Positions 21,835 to 34,320 of a DNA stretch of 64,000 bases are shown here, piece after piece. Every line of letters starts with the position of its first letter. Position 1 is the stretch's first letter. The stretch is from Pelagomonas calceolata. Lineage: Eukaryota. The translations under genes and the position numbers were made by a program. The notes below the pieces were generated by a model that worked only from the letters and a program-made list of their open reading frames with translations, was not told the DNA's origin and ran no database searches. The stretch is taken from positions 806,001 through 870,000 of the forward strand of contig CAKKNE010000004.1 of assembly GCA_918797485.1 (NCBI GenBank), in the 5' to 3' direction.

Positions 21835-23538
21835 ATGGCGCGCGGCCGCGGCAGAGGCAGGGGAAGAGGCCGCGGCCGAGGCCGGGGCCGAGGCCGCTGG
21901 ACCTGTCTCATCTGCACCTTCGCCGAGAACCACGCGAATAGGAAGAGATGCGCGATGTGCACGAACCCCCGCGGCGCGACGAGCGCGACGGCCGCGCCGC
22001 TGCCGGCGCCAGCCGAGGACGACGACGACGACGACGACGAGCCCGAGGTCGTCGCGCCGCCGACGCGCAAGCGCAAGCATGCGCAACAGTGGACCTGCGG
22101 CGCGTGCACTTTTGTCAACGAGGGCGGCCGGACCTGCGACGTCTGCGGCGCGGCGCGGACCTACGACGCCAAGCGGCCGGCGGCGGCGCTGCGCGAGCTC
22201 GCGGCGCACAACGCCGTGCCGCCGCCGCGGCCGCCGCCGCCCACCGGCGGCGACGACACGCCCGAGGCCGACGACGCCGACATGGCCGAGGCGCCCCCGG
22301 AGGCCGAGGACGCGGCCGAGGAGCGACCGCTGCATGTAGACGACGCCGACGACGCGCCCGTGGCCGAGGAGCGACCGGCGCCGCCGGACGATGACGACGC
22401 GGAAATGGCCGAGGACGCCTCCGACGCGGCGGCGGCGGCCGACGACGGCGGCGTCGCGGGGCTCCTCCGGTCCATGATGGTCGCCGAGCAGACGTCGCGG
22501 CAGGAGTCGGGCGCCGTCGTCGCCGTCGCCGCCTGCCGCGACACGGTCGCCGTCGCCACAGCTAGATCGATCTCATTGCTACGGCTCGAGGGCGCCGCGG
22601 ACGTCCGGGAGCTGCGGCGGTGCGCGTCGCCGGGCGGTTCCGTGGTGGCCGTCGCCGTCGAAAGGCGCGGCGATTTTCTAGCCGTCGCGTGCAATAGTCG
22701 AGGTGACGACCGGCTGCTGGCGGTCTACGACTTTGGCGCGTCCGAGGCGCCGAAGCTGCGAGCGCGGCCCCAAGGCAATCAGAGGCGGTCGAAGACGCGC
22801 TTGCACCTCGACGTGGACGGCAATGAATGGGCGGCGCGCTGGTGCGAGTCCTACAACGATGATAGACCCGTGGCGCACAGGTGGGACTCGGCCGAGACTT
22901 GGGTCGCGTTGCCCTTTCCCGATGACGTGACGCTGGTGCGAGACATGACGCGGGGCGAGGGTTCTAAAAGGAAATGGACCTGCGCCGTCTGCAGCGGTGC
23001 TGAAACATGTGTAATTCTCTGGGACGAGAGCGGGAGCCGGTCGTTCGTGCTCCCAGTCGAGCCGCGCGCCTACGTCTTCGTTCCGAGTGGCGCGTCATGT
23101 AGAGTGGGCCGCTGGGCCGCGGCGCACGCGTCGGACGCGGCGGAGGGCTACGGGTCCTTGGTTTGTGTCGCGCACGCGGCGACGGCCGACGGGATTACAG
23201 CGGTGGCCTGCGCGGTCCGCAGTGACCTCAAGGCCGCAAAGGCGGCGTCGGGCGCCGCGCGGCGGTCTAGCATAGAGCAGGTGCCTCCGGCGCGGCGCGT
23301 CGCGGCGGGCGGGCCGTTCCTGTGCGAGGCCGGGACCGGCGCGTCGTTTCGCGTGCACGACGTCGTCGGCGAGCAGTCCTCTCATTTGGAGGGGGAGGGC
23401 GAGGCTGACGTCGGCGCCTGCGCGCGGCTCTGCGTCGTCGACCGCGGCGCCGCGGGCGCGTGCGTCGTGTCGACGCACGCGGGCGCCGACCGGGAAGTGC
23501 GCTTCCTGCCGCTCACGGTGACTGGTGGGGGGTCCTAA
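21835..23538 (+). CDS. RanBP2-type zinc-finger protein with N-terminal RG repeats and beta-rich C-terminal region
   Basis: (RG)n, WTCLICTFAENHANRKRCAMC and WTCGACTFVNEGGRTCDVC. Confidence 0.75.
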   Translation: MARGRGRGRGRGRGRGRGRGRWTCLICTFAENHANRKRCAMCTNPRGATSATAAPLPAPAEDDDDDDDEPEVVAPPTRKRKHAQQWTCGACTFVNEGGRTCDVCGAARTYDAKRPAAALRELAAHNAVPPPRPPPPTGGDDTPEADDADMAEAPPEAEDAAEERPLHVDDADDAPVAEERPAPPDDDDAEMAEDASDAAAAADDGGVAGLLRSMMVAEQTSRQESGAVVAVAACRDTVAVATARSISLLRLEGAADVRELRRCASPGGSVVAVAVERRGDFLAVACNSRGDDRLLAVYDFGASEAPKLRARPQGNQRRSKTRLHLDVDGNEWAARWCESYNDDRPVAHRWDSAETWVALPFPDDVTLVRDMTRGEGSKRKWTCAVCSGAETCVILWDESGSRSFVLPVEPRAYVFVPSGASCRVGRWAAAHASDAAEGYGSLVCVAHAATADGITAVACAVRSDLKAAKAASGAARRSSIEQVPPARRVAAGGPFLCEAGTGASFRVHDVVGEQSSHLEGEGEADVGACARLCVVDRGAAGACVVSTHAGADREVRFLPLTVTGGGS

Positions 23539-23780
23539 GTTTTGGCATACTACTACCTGTCGCCAGTGTCCTCGGGCCGCCGTCGCCGACGCAATGGCTT
23601 ATTTATAAATATTAGCATGGCAGGATATGCCGCGCCGGTTCTCGACGCGACGAAGAAGGGGGCGGGCGATACGAACTGCGACTGCGACCGATGCACCGTG
23701 GCGATACACAGGGGGCGACTGCGACCGATGCACCGTGGCGATGCACCGGGGGCGAGTCCGGCGAGCTCGCGGGGAGGCTA

Positions 23781-26700
23781 TCACACCTCGCCCGTCTTGG
23801 GCGGCGGCGGCGGCTGATCAGCGGCGGCCGCGGGGGGCTTGGCGGGCGCGGTCCGCCACGGCCCGTCGTATGCCGCCTCGGCGGCGCGCGCGCCGGCGGC
23901 GTCCTTGAAGACCACCATCGCGGCGTTGCCGCTGCCGAGGCCGACGTTCAGCACGGGCGCGAGCGCCTGGAACGTCTCACGCAGCGTGTCCTCCGTCGGC
24001 CGTGCGGCGCCGCGCGGCCACGACACCTTGAGAATGCAGGCCGGGTCGTAGGACGCCGGCGTCGGGCGCGCTGTCGGTTTCGCCTCGGGGTACGGCCAGG
24101 GCGGCAGCGACTGGCCGCCCGGGTAGGCGGCCGGCTTGGACATGTCGCTGAGCTCCAATGCGCCGCCGGCGGGTCGCGGCGGCGCCTTTTGGACCTCGAG
24201 CTCGACGTCGACCTCGACGTTCCTTTCGAAGGTGTCCTGGTCTTCTTTGTTCGTTTCGTGAGTCTCGACGTCGATGGCGTCGTAGTTCGCCCGGGCGGCG
24301 TCGTCCCACGTCGGTTGTCTCTGATTCGCCTCGATCTGAGCAGTTTTCTGGCGATGGTAGCGATGGTACGCGTAGTAACCGATGGCGGCGACGGCCAGCA
24401 AGAAGACGGCACCGGCGGCCAGCCCGCCGCCCGACGCTGCCGCAGTTTGCTCGTTCTCATCTTGCATTTGCTGGAGCATGTCGTACAGTACTTGAAGGTC
24501 GACTGGCTCTTCGCTGGAAGTCTTCTTCCACGACACGTCGAAGGTCATGCTGTGTGATTCGGGGCCCCGGGCCGGCTTCGACCAGGAGGACGTGCCTATG
24601 TCCCAAATTGGGTATTCGACTGCAATCTCGCCGTACGACCTCGAAGCAGGGTTCTCGTCCATGCTTGTCTGGTACTGGTACACCTCCTGGATGCCGTCAT
24701 CGTCTGGATCCTCGCAATCCGCGTAGAGTTCGAGCTGGATCTTCGAGTACTTGTAGCACTGATCTGGCATGTCGTCGTTCCGCGCGACGAAGATGTGAAC
24801 CTCGGACTGTCCGTACGGAATCGGGTCAATAACCAGGCCGTCTCCGTCCCGCATATTTAGGTTGGTTAGAGATACCGCACCCATCTCGAGCGCGCCCATG
24901 TCGCCCTCAGGACACTCGTCGCCGGCATCCGTTTGTTTCCCCGAGTACCACCACGTCGTGCCGCCGTTGGCCGCGCGGAGCCAGTACCGCACGCCAGCTC
25001 GCCAAGGCGATCTGTTCTGAAGCTGCACGGAGAAGAAGGCGGTCTCGCCGGGTTCCAGGTCTTTGCAGCCTTCGGTTGCGCACTGCGGCGTGATGCTAAT
25101 GATGCTGACCCCGCTGTCCCGCCGTGTCGTGCCCGTCTCACCGGGGCACGACGAGAAGCCCCCCAAGGTCGTGAAAATGGGCGTGCCGTAGGTCGCATCC
25201 ATCGCGACCTGGACGGCAAACACGTCCCTCACGTTGTCATCTTTAAGGGAAACAGCTACGGTGTGCGTGTGTCCGGTCTCCTTGTTGGCGGACCGCGACA
25301 TGCTCACCGAAAATGAATCTGTTTCTGCGTGACCCCACGTACCACAGCCCTGGATGCCGAGCTGCAGGCGGCGGCGACACCCGCCGCCTTCGGGGGGGCC
25401 CTCGTGTTCGGGCGTGTTGATCTTCTGCGCGGCCGTGAGAATCTCATTCATTTTATCCTTGGTGGCTTGGTTCACTGGGAGTTTCCGTCGCCCCTGCTCG
25501 GGCGCAGCCGCCGCCTCCTCCACCAGCTTCCGCCGTTTCTCCGCGAGCGCCTCGGGCGTCACCTCGAGCAGCTTCTTGGACACGGCGTGCACGGGACCGC
25601 TCGTCGGGTACGCGTAGCCGGCCAAGGACACGAGGCCACTGCTTGAACGAGACTCGTCGGTCAGGCGCCGGCCGATCTGAAAACCAAAACTACCGTCGTA
25701 GTTCCAGCCGCCCTCTAACGACCCATCCGTGGTCACGGACACATCGGACCCGCGCGCCTCCGCGACGTCCCACGAGAAGTCGACGCCCGTCGAGCCGGAG
25801 AACGTGAGGAATCTTTCCGTGTCGCTGAGGAAGTTTAACGCGCTCAGATAATGAGCTCCGCTCATGGTCGTTCCGATGCCGGGCACCGTACCGTCTCGCT
25901 TGCAGAACGTCTTCACAGACTCGATGTCAGTCTCAAAGCCGCACACGCCGAGGAGCGTCTGGACAAGGTCCACTTTCTCTCCGATGTTTTGGTAAGCGGT
26001 GCACAGAGGATGAAGATTGGTGGGATCTATCTTGCTCGTTGCCACGGCGCAAGCTTTTGCTGCTTCCGTGACGCTATCACTCACCTTGCCGACCGTGTCC
26101 TCGATATATTTGTGCCCGTCAAATCCTGCAGATTTTTCCTTAATATCGTCGGTGACCCCTCCGTCTTCAACTCCCCCATCAGGTATCACAGACTGCATGT
26201 CCTCGCCACGCTTGTGCCTGTTGAGGTTCTCAATCCCCCGCGCGACGAAGTCCTTGACTTCGGAGGACTGCGCGTCGCTTAGGTCGTTTAGGTCTTTGTG
26301 AAACTTTGTAAAGTCCGTGTGCAAACCGTCCATTACCGTCTGAAGCTGTGCGGCGACGCTCGTCTTCTCGGTTGCCCGGTAGGCTGTGAGCACTTTCTCC
26401 CAATTAGTTAGCTGTGTTTGCAGTTTCGTAGCGTCCATGCCCTCACCTGATATTTCCATGTCTCCATTACCTATGTCCCGAACCGCTTCGCCCAAACGCT
26501 CGATCGTCTTCTCGATCTCGTAGACCGTCATGACGTACGTCGTGATCCTCTCAGGTATGAACTCGACCGTCTGCCTTCCGGCGAGACAGATCTCACCGTT
26601 TCCATTTTTCCCCTCTCCCTCTGGTGGGTCTCTGTAGACCTCTATGGCCGAGATGAAGCGCAGGTTGGCGCCGCCACCAATAATAACATCGGACGGCTGG

Positions 26701-29700
26701 CCCGCCAGGTATGGCGAGTCAGAAGTGGTGATGGCAATTCCAAAGGAGATGCCGATGTCAAAGTGTGACGATGATCCGCGGCTGACGGTAATGCTAGTAC
26801 TATCTGACTGACCTCCTCCATGGTTGGTTCCAATACCCACGCCGTTGAAAATGACCCCGGGCGGCGCAGTTTTGAAACCGCCCTGAATGCCTCCAGAGGC
26901 GCTCCATTGGAACGTCTTGCCCAACGTTGCGGCGTGCGCGCCCTCGATGGCCATGGACGTCGAGATTGTTGACCCTTCGACGAGCGTGGCCGTCGACGCG
27001 CCGCCCGGCGGGTCGCGGAGGACCGAGAAGATCAGACCCTCCACGGCCGTCGTCCAGACCTGAGGAACCTCCTCAGCGATCGATCCCAGTATCAGCACGT
27101 GGCGCTCGAACAAAATCCTGGCGTTGTCGAACGCCCGCGTGAACTCCACGCTGATCTTCTTCGAGAAGGGCGCGAAGGGGTTGGGTTCGCCGGCCGTCAT
27201 GAAATGCGTGAACTCGAGGATGGATCCATCGCTCGACTCGGAGCAGGCGGTACTCGGGGTGATACTTGGGCAGCTTTCCTCGTAGTCCTCGGGGGTCACG
27301 CCGTCGGCGACATGGATCTTGATCTGGTGGTCGTCCGACGGCAGGTTCACACTAGGCGGTGGGTTATTCTCGTAGCCGTTACATTTGCCGCCCTCATCCC
27401 ACGGATAAATACCGTCGGCACCACAATTTGGCTCGCGCTCCACGAGCTCGAACTTGAACTCCACGACGTCGCCCTTGTTCAAGATCGAGTCCTCGTTGCT
27501 GGTACAGGCCTCGCCGTAAATGTTAATAGTGTCGTCCGTTTCAGGGTCATCCGTGAGAGGTTCGGGGGGCGAGAGCAGGAGGTCCTCGATTTTAGATCCG
27601 GCCTTTACTGCATTGAGACAGAGCGGCGAAATGATTTCGAACTGAACCAAGGCCGCCGCCGCGCTATTGTGGGCGAGATCCCTGCCAAAGTTTCGATCTA
27701 CCGGCAGCTCGTCTACGTAGGTGTAGTCCATGGTCGCGCAGGGTCTCTCTGCGCTCCCGGATACGTCGGGGATCTTCGCGCGGCAGCCGCGGAGCATAAT
27801 TTCCTCAGCGTTCACGGTGTCATCATCGTCACCAGACACGAAAAGCGTTCCTACCATCTCATCGCGCGGCGTCGGACCGTCAGGGTCGCCATCGCAGTCG
27901 TGAACCACGAGCTCTTGGTCGGCATTAGATAAAGTGCCGGGCGGGTAGTAATACTTCGGCTCGTCGACCTCGTCCGCCTCGAGCACGCGCACGTCGAACG
28001 CGGCGGCTCCGAGCCAGAAGGCGGCCTCGCCCCGCAGTATCCAGGCCGGCAGCTCCCACCCACAGCGCGCGACGCTCGCGACGACCGGCACGCCATTCAC
28101 GTACGAGGCCGGCTCTCGATTCGCGCCCGCGACGAGTCTCGCGGAGAGGCTCTGCATACTCGTGTCGAGGAAGTGGACCTCGGCATTTTCGTCTGCCTTG
28201 TAGTTGAACGTCGGCGCCTGGCCACCCGATGGATTGACCGAGAATTGCGTTGCTTGGGCGGCCGAAAACGCGTGCGTGACCGAGAACGTGTGCGCGACGG
28301 AGTTGAAGCTACAGAGGTAGTCCTTTACACACTGATCCGAAGGCCTCGGATCGTCGTTGAACTGAAACCCTATAGTATCATCCCAACCCGTAATAGAGAT
28401 CCAGGATCCCGCCTGGTAGCTTTCCGACGCAGATTTCCCTCCGTTCGGCTCATTGTAATATGTTGATGAGGCAGTCTCTGCCTCTCGCAGAAACCACGGC
28501 GACCCCGCGACGCTCGTCCAGCCAGCGACGACGGCCCCCGCGTCGTCGCTATTCATCGCGTACGTAATGGTTTCGGGATAAGTCCCATGCTGCTCGCGGT
28601 AGACGCCGACGAGGTTGGGCAAATGCTCTTTGCCCGTGATGCTTTGGTACTTATCACGCACGGCCTTTGCGTGCTCGTAGCTCCGCGGGACCCAGATGTC
28701 GTAGCCAGCGGGGCAGGAGTTGTCGTCGAAGTGACCACATGTCAGAGTACCATCTATCACCTCGAGGACGTCTACAAACTGCGTCCCCGTCGTGTCCGTG
28801 AATTGGACGCAGTGAAGCGAGCGGCCTTCGTGTGTGGACGTGCCAACAGCCGTGCACTCGGGCGGAGAAGCGCCGCCGTAGTATTCTTTCAGGCTGAGCG
28901 TCACAATCTCACCGTTGAAGACGGCGGTCGAGTACGTGCCGTCGTCCTGCAGCTCCACGTCTTCGACGGCTCCCGAAGCGCGCGTGATCTCGAGCTTTGC
29001 GCCGTCGACGGAACAGATGCACTCCTCTGTGTCCGCCCTCGTGTAGATGGCTGCGACCGAGATGGCGGTATCGGGGGCGAAGCCGGATCCGGTATCTTCC
29101 TGCCAAGTACCAGATACTGCCTCAAGGTCCTGGGCCGAGTCAGCCACATGTATCGCTGCAGAAGCACTTCCACAGCCGTCACTTCCGATGTGCCATTTTC
29201 CAGTTTTGTACCAAATATACTGATCGCTGCTGCAGTCGACGCACTCGTAGTAGGGCACATCCTCGCACAGCCCGTTCTGCCGGTACGTCCCGTGCGTGTC
29301 TTGATGATTGGAGGTTCCTGAGACAAGGAAAGAGTCTAACAGGAACTGGAACTTCGTGTGAGGGCAGTCCTCAGCGAAGTAAGCGGCACCGAAGCCGGCG
29401 TGCGACACGGTGCCCGAGATGACGACGGCCGTCTCGTCGATGAAGGTCAAGGGGGCCTCCTCCAGGTGGCGCAAGATCGCTTGCTGGGTTGGGGGCTCGA
29501 AGTCGTGTTCCAGTATTCCGAGGACCTTGATCGGATCGCCCCAGATCCGGCTGGTAGCAGAAGTTGGGTCAGTAGAAGAGCCGGTCAAGGTAGCCCAACT
29601 GGATCCAGCGTAATTGTTCGTAGTAATACAGGTAGATTCGTCGTTGATAATCCAAACTTTATCCGCGGAACGCCATAGGTAGCCACCGCAATCCCTGCAC

Positions 29701-32700
29701 TCGTAGCGGGGCATGCCGTTGCACAGAGCTATGCTGTTGCTGCTGCTATCAGGAACGGGGAAGTATGCCCCGTTCCTGTCCAGCGAGTCGTCGAATCCCG
29801 AGACCCTCAATGGGCTCTCTTGGTCGTAGTCCGCGCCCTCCTTTTTATCACTTAACTTCTCGACGTCCACGCGGAAGTGCTGCGTTTTACTAAACCAATT
29901 GCTATCCTGGACGCGCACCCTTAGCACCGCTTCTCCGTAGGCATCTGTCTCTTCCTCGAGGAATTCCCTGTATGTCTCATCGACGTCCACTTTGCCGCTG
30001 CCATCATCTTTCATGCGCGACAGCTTCACGGTGACTTTCTCGACTGGTCCACCTCCCTCGGCCACGACGGAGACCCGAACGTCGCCAAACCACGTCACGA
30101 TGAAGCCGCTGGTTGTGGACGAAGAAGCCCCGCCCTGGAGTCGCCGCGCGCGCCTCCGGGAGCCGCTGCTCGATAGGGCGAATTTGTCCCCGCTCACGCC
30201 GACCTTGTCCTTGATCTCGGCGCCAGCCGCGTCGAGCGGCACGATGGCGTAGCCGACCCCAAGGCCTGGCTCTGATCCTGTCGTGGCGTCGCGGAAATCC
30301 AGATAGTTGTGCGTGAGCCCACACGTAGAAGAAGAGACTTCGCGCAGGAGCCGGGCCGACGTGTCCTCAGCGAACGGCGCGGAAGGGTCGTATTTGTAGA
30401 TGCGGTAGCCGCTCGCCACCGTCGACGTGTCGAGCCAGCTAATCGAGACGCCTTCCTTGCCCAGCATGCGCGGGAATATATCCATGGGCGTTCCGTCGTA
30501 CTGGAGGCCCGTCGTGCAGCGCGTCGTTGTCGTGATGCCCTCCGTATCTAAGTCGCAAACTGGAATCTCCTTCAAGCAGATGTCCGAGAGCGTGACTTTG
30601 GCGGCGTCGTACCACGGATCCGCGACGTACACGGCAGCGTTCTCCCGAGCAGGGGTCGAGCCCCCGGTAGAGGTGGCGAGCTTAACGCCATCGACGTACA
30701 GGACCAGCTTGCTCTTATCGAGAACGACCTTGATGTCGTAGGTCCTTCCGGCCGTGAAACCGAAGGAGGTGTCGGTGGATGCACCACAGCAAGTGTCATG
30801 GTTTACGTACAGTCTGTTGTCGTTTGGTTCAAACCAGATGCCAGGCATGCGGTGGCCATTTTCGTCGCCGATGTGAAAGACGGACTGCCACGCGCCCGTG
30901 ATGCTCCAGTCACCCGCCAGCTCCATCGTGAACGAGAGCACGTAGTCCTCGAACGTGACATCGGCAGTCCCCACCTTGTTACCCTTGGAAGCGGTGTATG
31001 GACCGGGCAGACTCAGCGCGCACTCGGCCTGGCCCACACCAGGACAGAACTTCGTCTCGACGCAGTAGCTGTGCTTGCTGATGGCGAGCGCCTCGACCTC
31101 GCGAAAGATAACGTCGGAGATCGTCGCTTTTACTGGCGCGTACCAAGGACCGCCCACATATAGCACGCCGCCGTCCGCGGGCGCACTCGTCGAGGTTCCT
31201 TGTGTAGAGACTTCCAGCAGGCCGTCCACGTAAACGCTGAGCAACGAGTCAATATTGGTGATTCTGATCTCATAAGATTCGCCCGCCTTGAACACAGTAG
31301 TCGCATATGCATTTGTCTCCCCACTGTTTTCGTTGCTACGGGCAACATACAAGCGACCCACGTCCGAAAACCAGAGACCGGGGTAGCGTAGCCCGTTCGC
31401 CTCGTCCTTGCCGGTCAGATGGATAATAGAAATGGTAGATCCGAAAACCTCATCTTGATCCATGGCGATGGTGAGCGAGAGCTCGTAGTTGGCCGGTGTC
31501 GGCACCGTGCCCAGGTTGCAGCCGCCGTCGGAACACATGTTACCAGAATTATCTCCGCAACCGGAACCAACCGCGGCGTCCAACGTGCACCAGCTGCCGC
31601 ACGGGCCACCGGCAGTGTACGAGGCGTCGTTGTAGCAGATCCCTGGAATACTTACGTGTGGGTACGGGAAGCTCGCGGGGCACCCGCATGCGCCGACGTC
31701 GATCGGCGCGCTGTACTCGCTTGGCCATAAATTAACGACGAGCTCGCCGTCTGGCGATTCGACGCAGCTTCCCTCGGAGGTAATCTCACCCGCGGCCGTG
31801 CAGGGGCTTCGATGGTGAGACTCTACCTTGTAGTCGGGACCGAGTTGGAACTTGAACTCGCACTCGGAGTCGAATTCGCCGCGGCAGTCGTTAGAATCTA
31901 CGTTGCTGTCTCCACTCGAGACGTCGTCATCCCAGCTATCGTACGCAGAGAGCGCCTGGCCGTTGAAGAAGGCGCACTGCTGGAAGATGATCTTCTCGCC
32001 GCGGTCGACGGTCCACTCGAGTTCTGGTTTAGCCTGATTCTGGGTTGTACATTCGGTGTTCGTAGAGAGGGGATTCGGATAGGTCGCCGTCATCGCCGAG
32101 ATTTCGCCGGAGCCGCTCGGCTTATCGTGGTAGTCCTTCGTGCCCTGCGTCTCCAACCGGTCGAGCTCATCCTGGATCATGTCCGTGATGGTCACGTCGT
32201 TCTCGTCCAGCTTGACGCCATCTCTCGACCAGATGTGCGACACCTTCAAAGGAATCGCCATGCCACCGTCCGCTATCGCCCTCCTTGCCTGCGCGGACAG
32301 TGAGTCACCGACGAACGCGGCCTCGGTTAATAATTGCATTGATAGACGCTGGCCCTCGCCTCGGTGACGCTTAAATGATTGTCCGAATTCACGTCGAATG
32401 CACGGAACGCTGCCGAGATGCCCGAGAAGGCCTCGTTCCTCGAGAGCACTCGCGCGTGCCGCGGCCATTGCACTTCTAATACAAGAAATCCGAGCGACAC
32501 CGCTGGCTTCGTGCCCGCGCATTCAGCTTGATCGCAGTTCGTGCCGGTTTGGCCGGGTGCGCAATCGCACTCGTTTTCGCTCGTTAAGCCGCTCTGGTTC
32601 GGGTCCCAAAGACTCTCAAGGTAGCCAGCGTAGCCGACGTCGCCGCACTTCAAGCATTCGCCGGCTTGGCCTCCCGTCGCGTACGTTCCCGCGGGACAGA

Positions 32701-33654
32701 TCGAGCAAGAGTTGGGTTGACCTGCTGTCGAGGACGTGCCCGCGGGGCACGGCTGGCACGTGCCGCCCTGCACCGAAAATTCTCCCGCGGCGCAAGTCAC
32801 GCAGGCCGTGTGCGCCGAGTTAGACGTCTGGCCCGCGGGGCAGGCGGCGCACGCAGTTCCCGCGCTCGAGATGTAGCCCGCGGGGCAGTCTTGACACCCG
32901 CTTTTGGCTGAGTTCGACGTCTGGCCCGCGGCACATATTCCGCACGAGGCCCATGCCTCTCCAGAGTAGTATCCCGTGGCGCATGCAGGACATCCAGTGT
33001 TCCTCGCATGAGGAGAGTAAGTCCCCGCAGGGCAGTTCGTGCAGCCGCCATTGGCACTCCCGGAAGAGTACTTGCCCGCGCCGCATTGACCGCACGAACT
33101 CCACGCCGCTTCGGAGTACCATCCCGCGCCGCACAAGTGAACGCACGAGGTTTGGGATCCGGCACTTGGTTGATACGTCCCGGCTCCGCATGCAGTAGTC
33201 GCTCCGTTGTTGTAGATATTACTATAATATCCTGCTGGAGCCGATAGGCATGCGCCGAGGGAGGTTGTCCAGCTGTAATAATCGCAGCAATAGCCGTGAC
33301 CGTAACCTGGCGTGTGGCTTCCGGGTCTACCGGGCGGGCAATACTGGCCATGATAATGACAACTCCATCCGCTACACCTGCGTCGTTTCGAGGTTAAGTC
33401 TGCCGACGGACGCGCGAGCACGATCGGTCGGAACACCGGTTTGATTTCTACACTGCGCGATACGACGACGCGACACCATTGTTGGCGTCTCCTGCTGCGA
33501 ACCCCGCCGCCGCCAGCAGCGCGCCGCCGACGCGCCCGGCTGCGGACCCGCGCGCCGCGAGCACCAGCGCCGCGCTCCCGGCTGCCCTGGGGTGCTGGCA
33601 GGCTGCCGCGAGCACCAGCGCGGCGGCGAGCGGGGCAGCCTTCTCTTTTACCAT
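23781..33654 (-). CDS. Giant single-pass membrane protein A (about 3238 aa; exons 33654-33464, 33377-32360, 32288-23781)
   Basis: Signal peptide MVKEKAAPLAAALVLAAAC, GCC2/TNFR-like C..CPAG repeats, EF-hand loop DVNSDNHLSVTE, LamG-like modules, LRDPPGG core, TM GLAAGAVFLLAVAAIGYYAY, RRM-like tail. Exon joins are guided by alignment to paralog B; the total is a multiple of 3. Confidence 0.85.
32289..32359 (-). other. GC-AG intron in giant gene A (71 bp), absent from paralog B
   Basis: Removal gives LSVTE|ARRAIADGGM, matching the uninterrupted LSVDEARHALRDGGM of gene B. Confidence 0.8.
33378..33463 (-). mobile_element. Degenerate introner intron in giant gene A (86 bp)
   Basis: Donor GTATCGCG (8 nt) is followed by TIR-like CAGTGTAGAAATCAA. 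The downstream exon starts GTGTAGCG (6/8 TSD match). The phase-2 join links the signal exon to the Cys-rich exon. Confidence 0.65.
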
Positions 33655-33764
33655 CGGGCGTGCTCTCGTCGTGTCAGGTGCTGCCGCGCGACGCGGTACG
33701 CCCTCTCGGAATTTGGCTCTCTCTCGGCCGGCCGCTGGGCGCGGCGAGCCGATCCGCGCAGATC

Positions 33765-34320
33765 GCGCCGCGCAAGACCGCTCCGGGAAGGCCCGGACGA
33801 GTCCCACGCAACCCTCGGGAGGGATCTCGCGCGGCGCTCGCGACGGCCGCCGCGCGTGCCACCTAGAACATGATCGACATGGCGTTGCCCCGCCCGCCCT
33901 TGGGCGCCACGAGCCGGCCCTTGATGAAGTATATTTATATTTTAATGTTGCTTTGCTTAGGGCTACTTAGCACCGTTTGTTCTCGGCGCGGGCGAAGCAG
34001 GCGATACGAACCAGCACAGTTGCGACTGTGACCGATGCACCTTTAGCGACTTCCGGGCGGCGCTGGGCGTGTGCGTGCGGCCGCTCAGCAGCGGCGAGAC
34101 GTAGAAACTGTTAATCTCTTTATACTAGGGGATACTACACCGGGGGCGGCCCGGGTGCAACGGGAGCTGATGGGGAAAGGGAGTCGCTGTTTGCCGATGT
34201 ACCGTGGCGATACAACGAGGGGAGTCCAGCGAGCTTATAAGGAGGCCATCACACCTCGCCCGTCTTGGGCGGCGGCGGCGGCTGATCAGCGGCGGCCGCG
34301 GGGGGCTTGGCGGGCGCGGT
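33765..34320. repeat. Duplicated spacer (promoter of gene A, PA28 3' fragment, 3' flank of gene B)
   Basis: Near-identical to about 45745-46318. Confidence 0.9.
33860..33923 (-). pseudogene. Fragment of the PA28 3' coding end
   Basis: cacctagaacatgatcgacatggcgttgcc...cttgggcgccacgagccggcccttg matches the PA28 end at 46463-46525. Confidence 0.8.
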
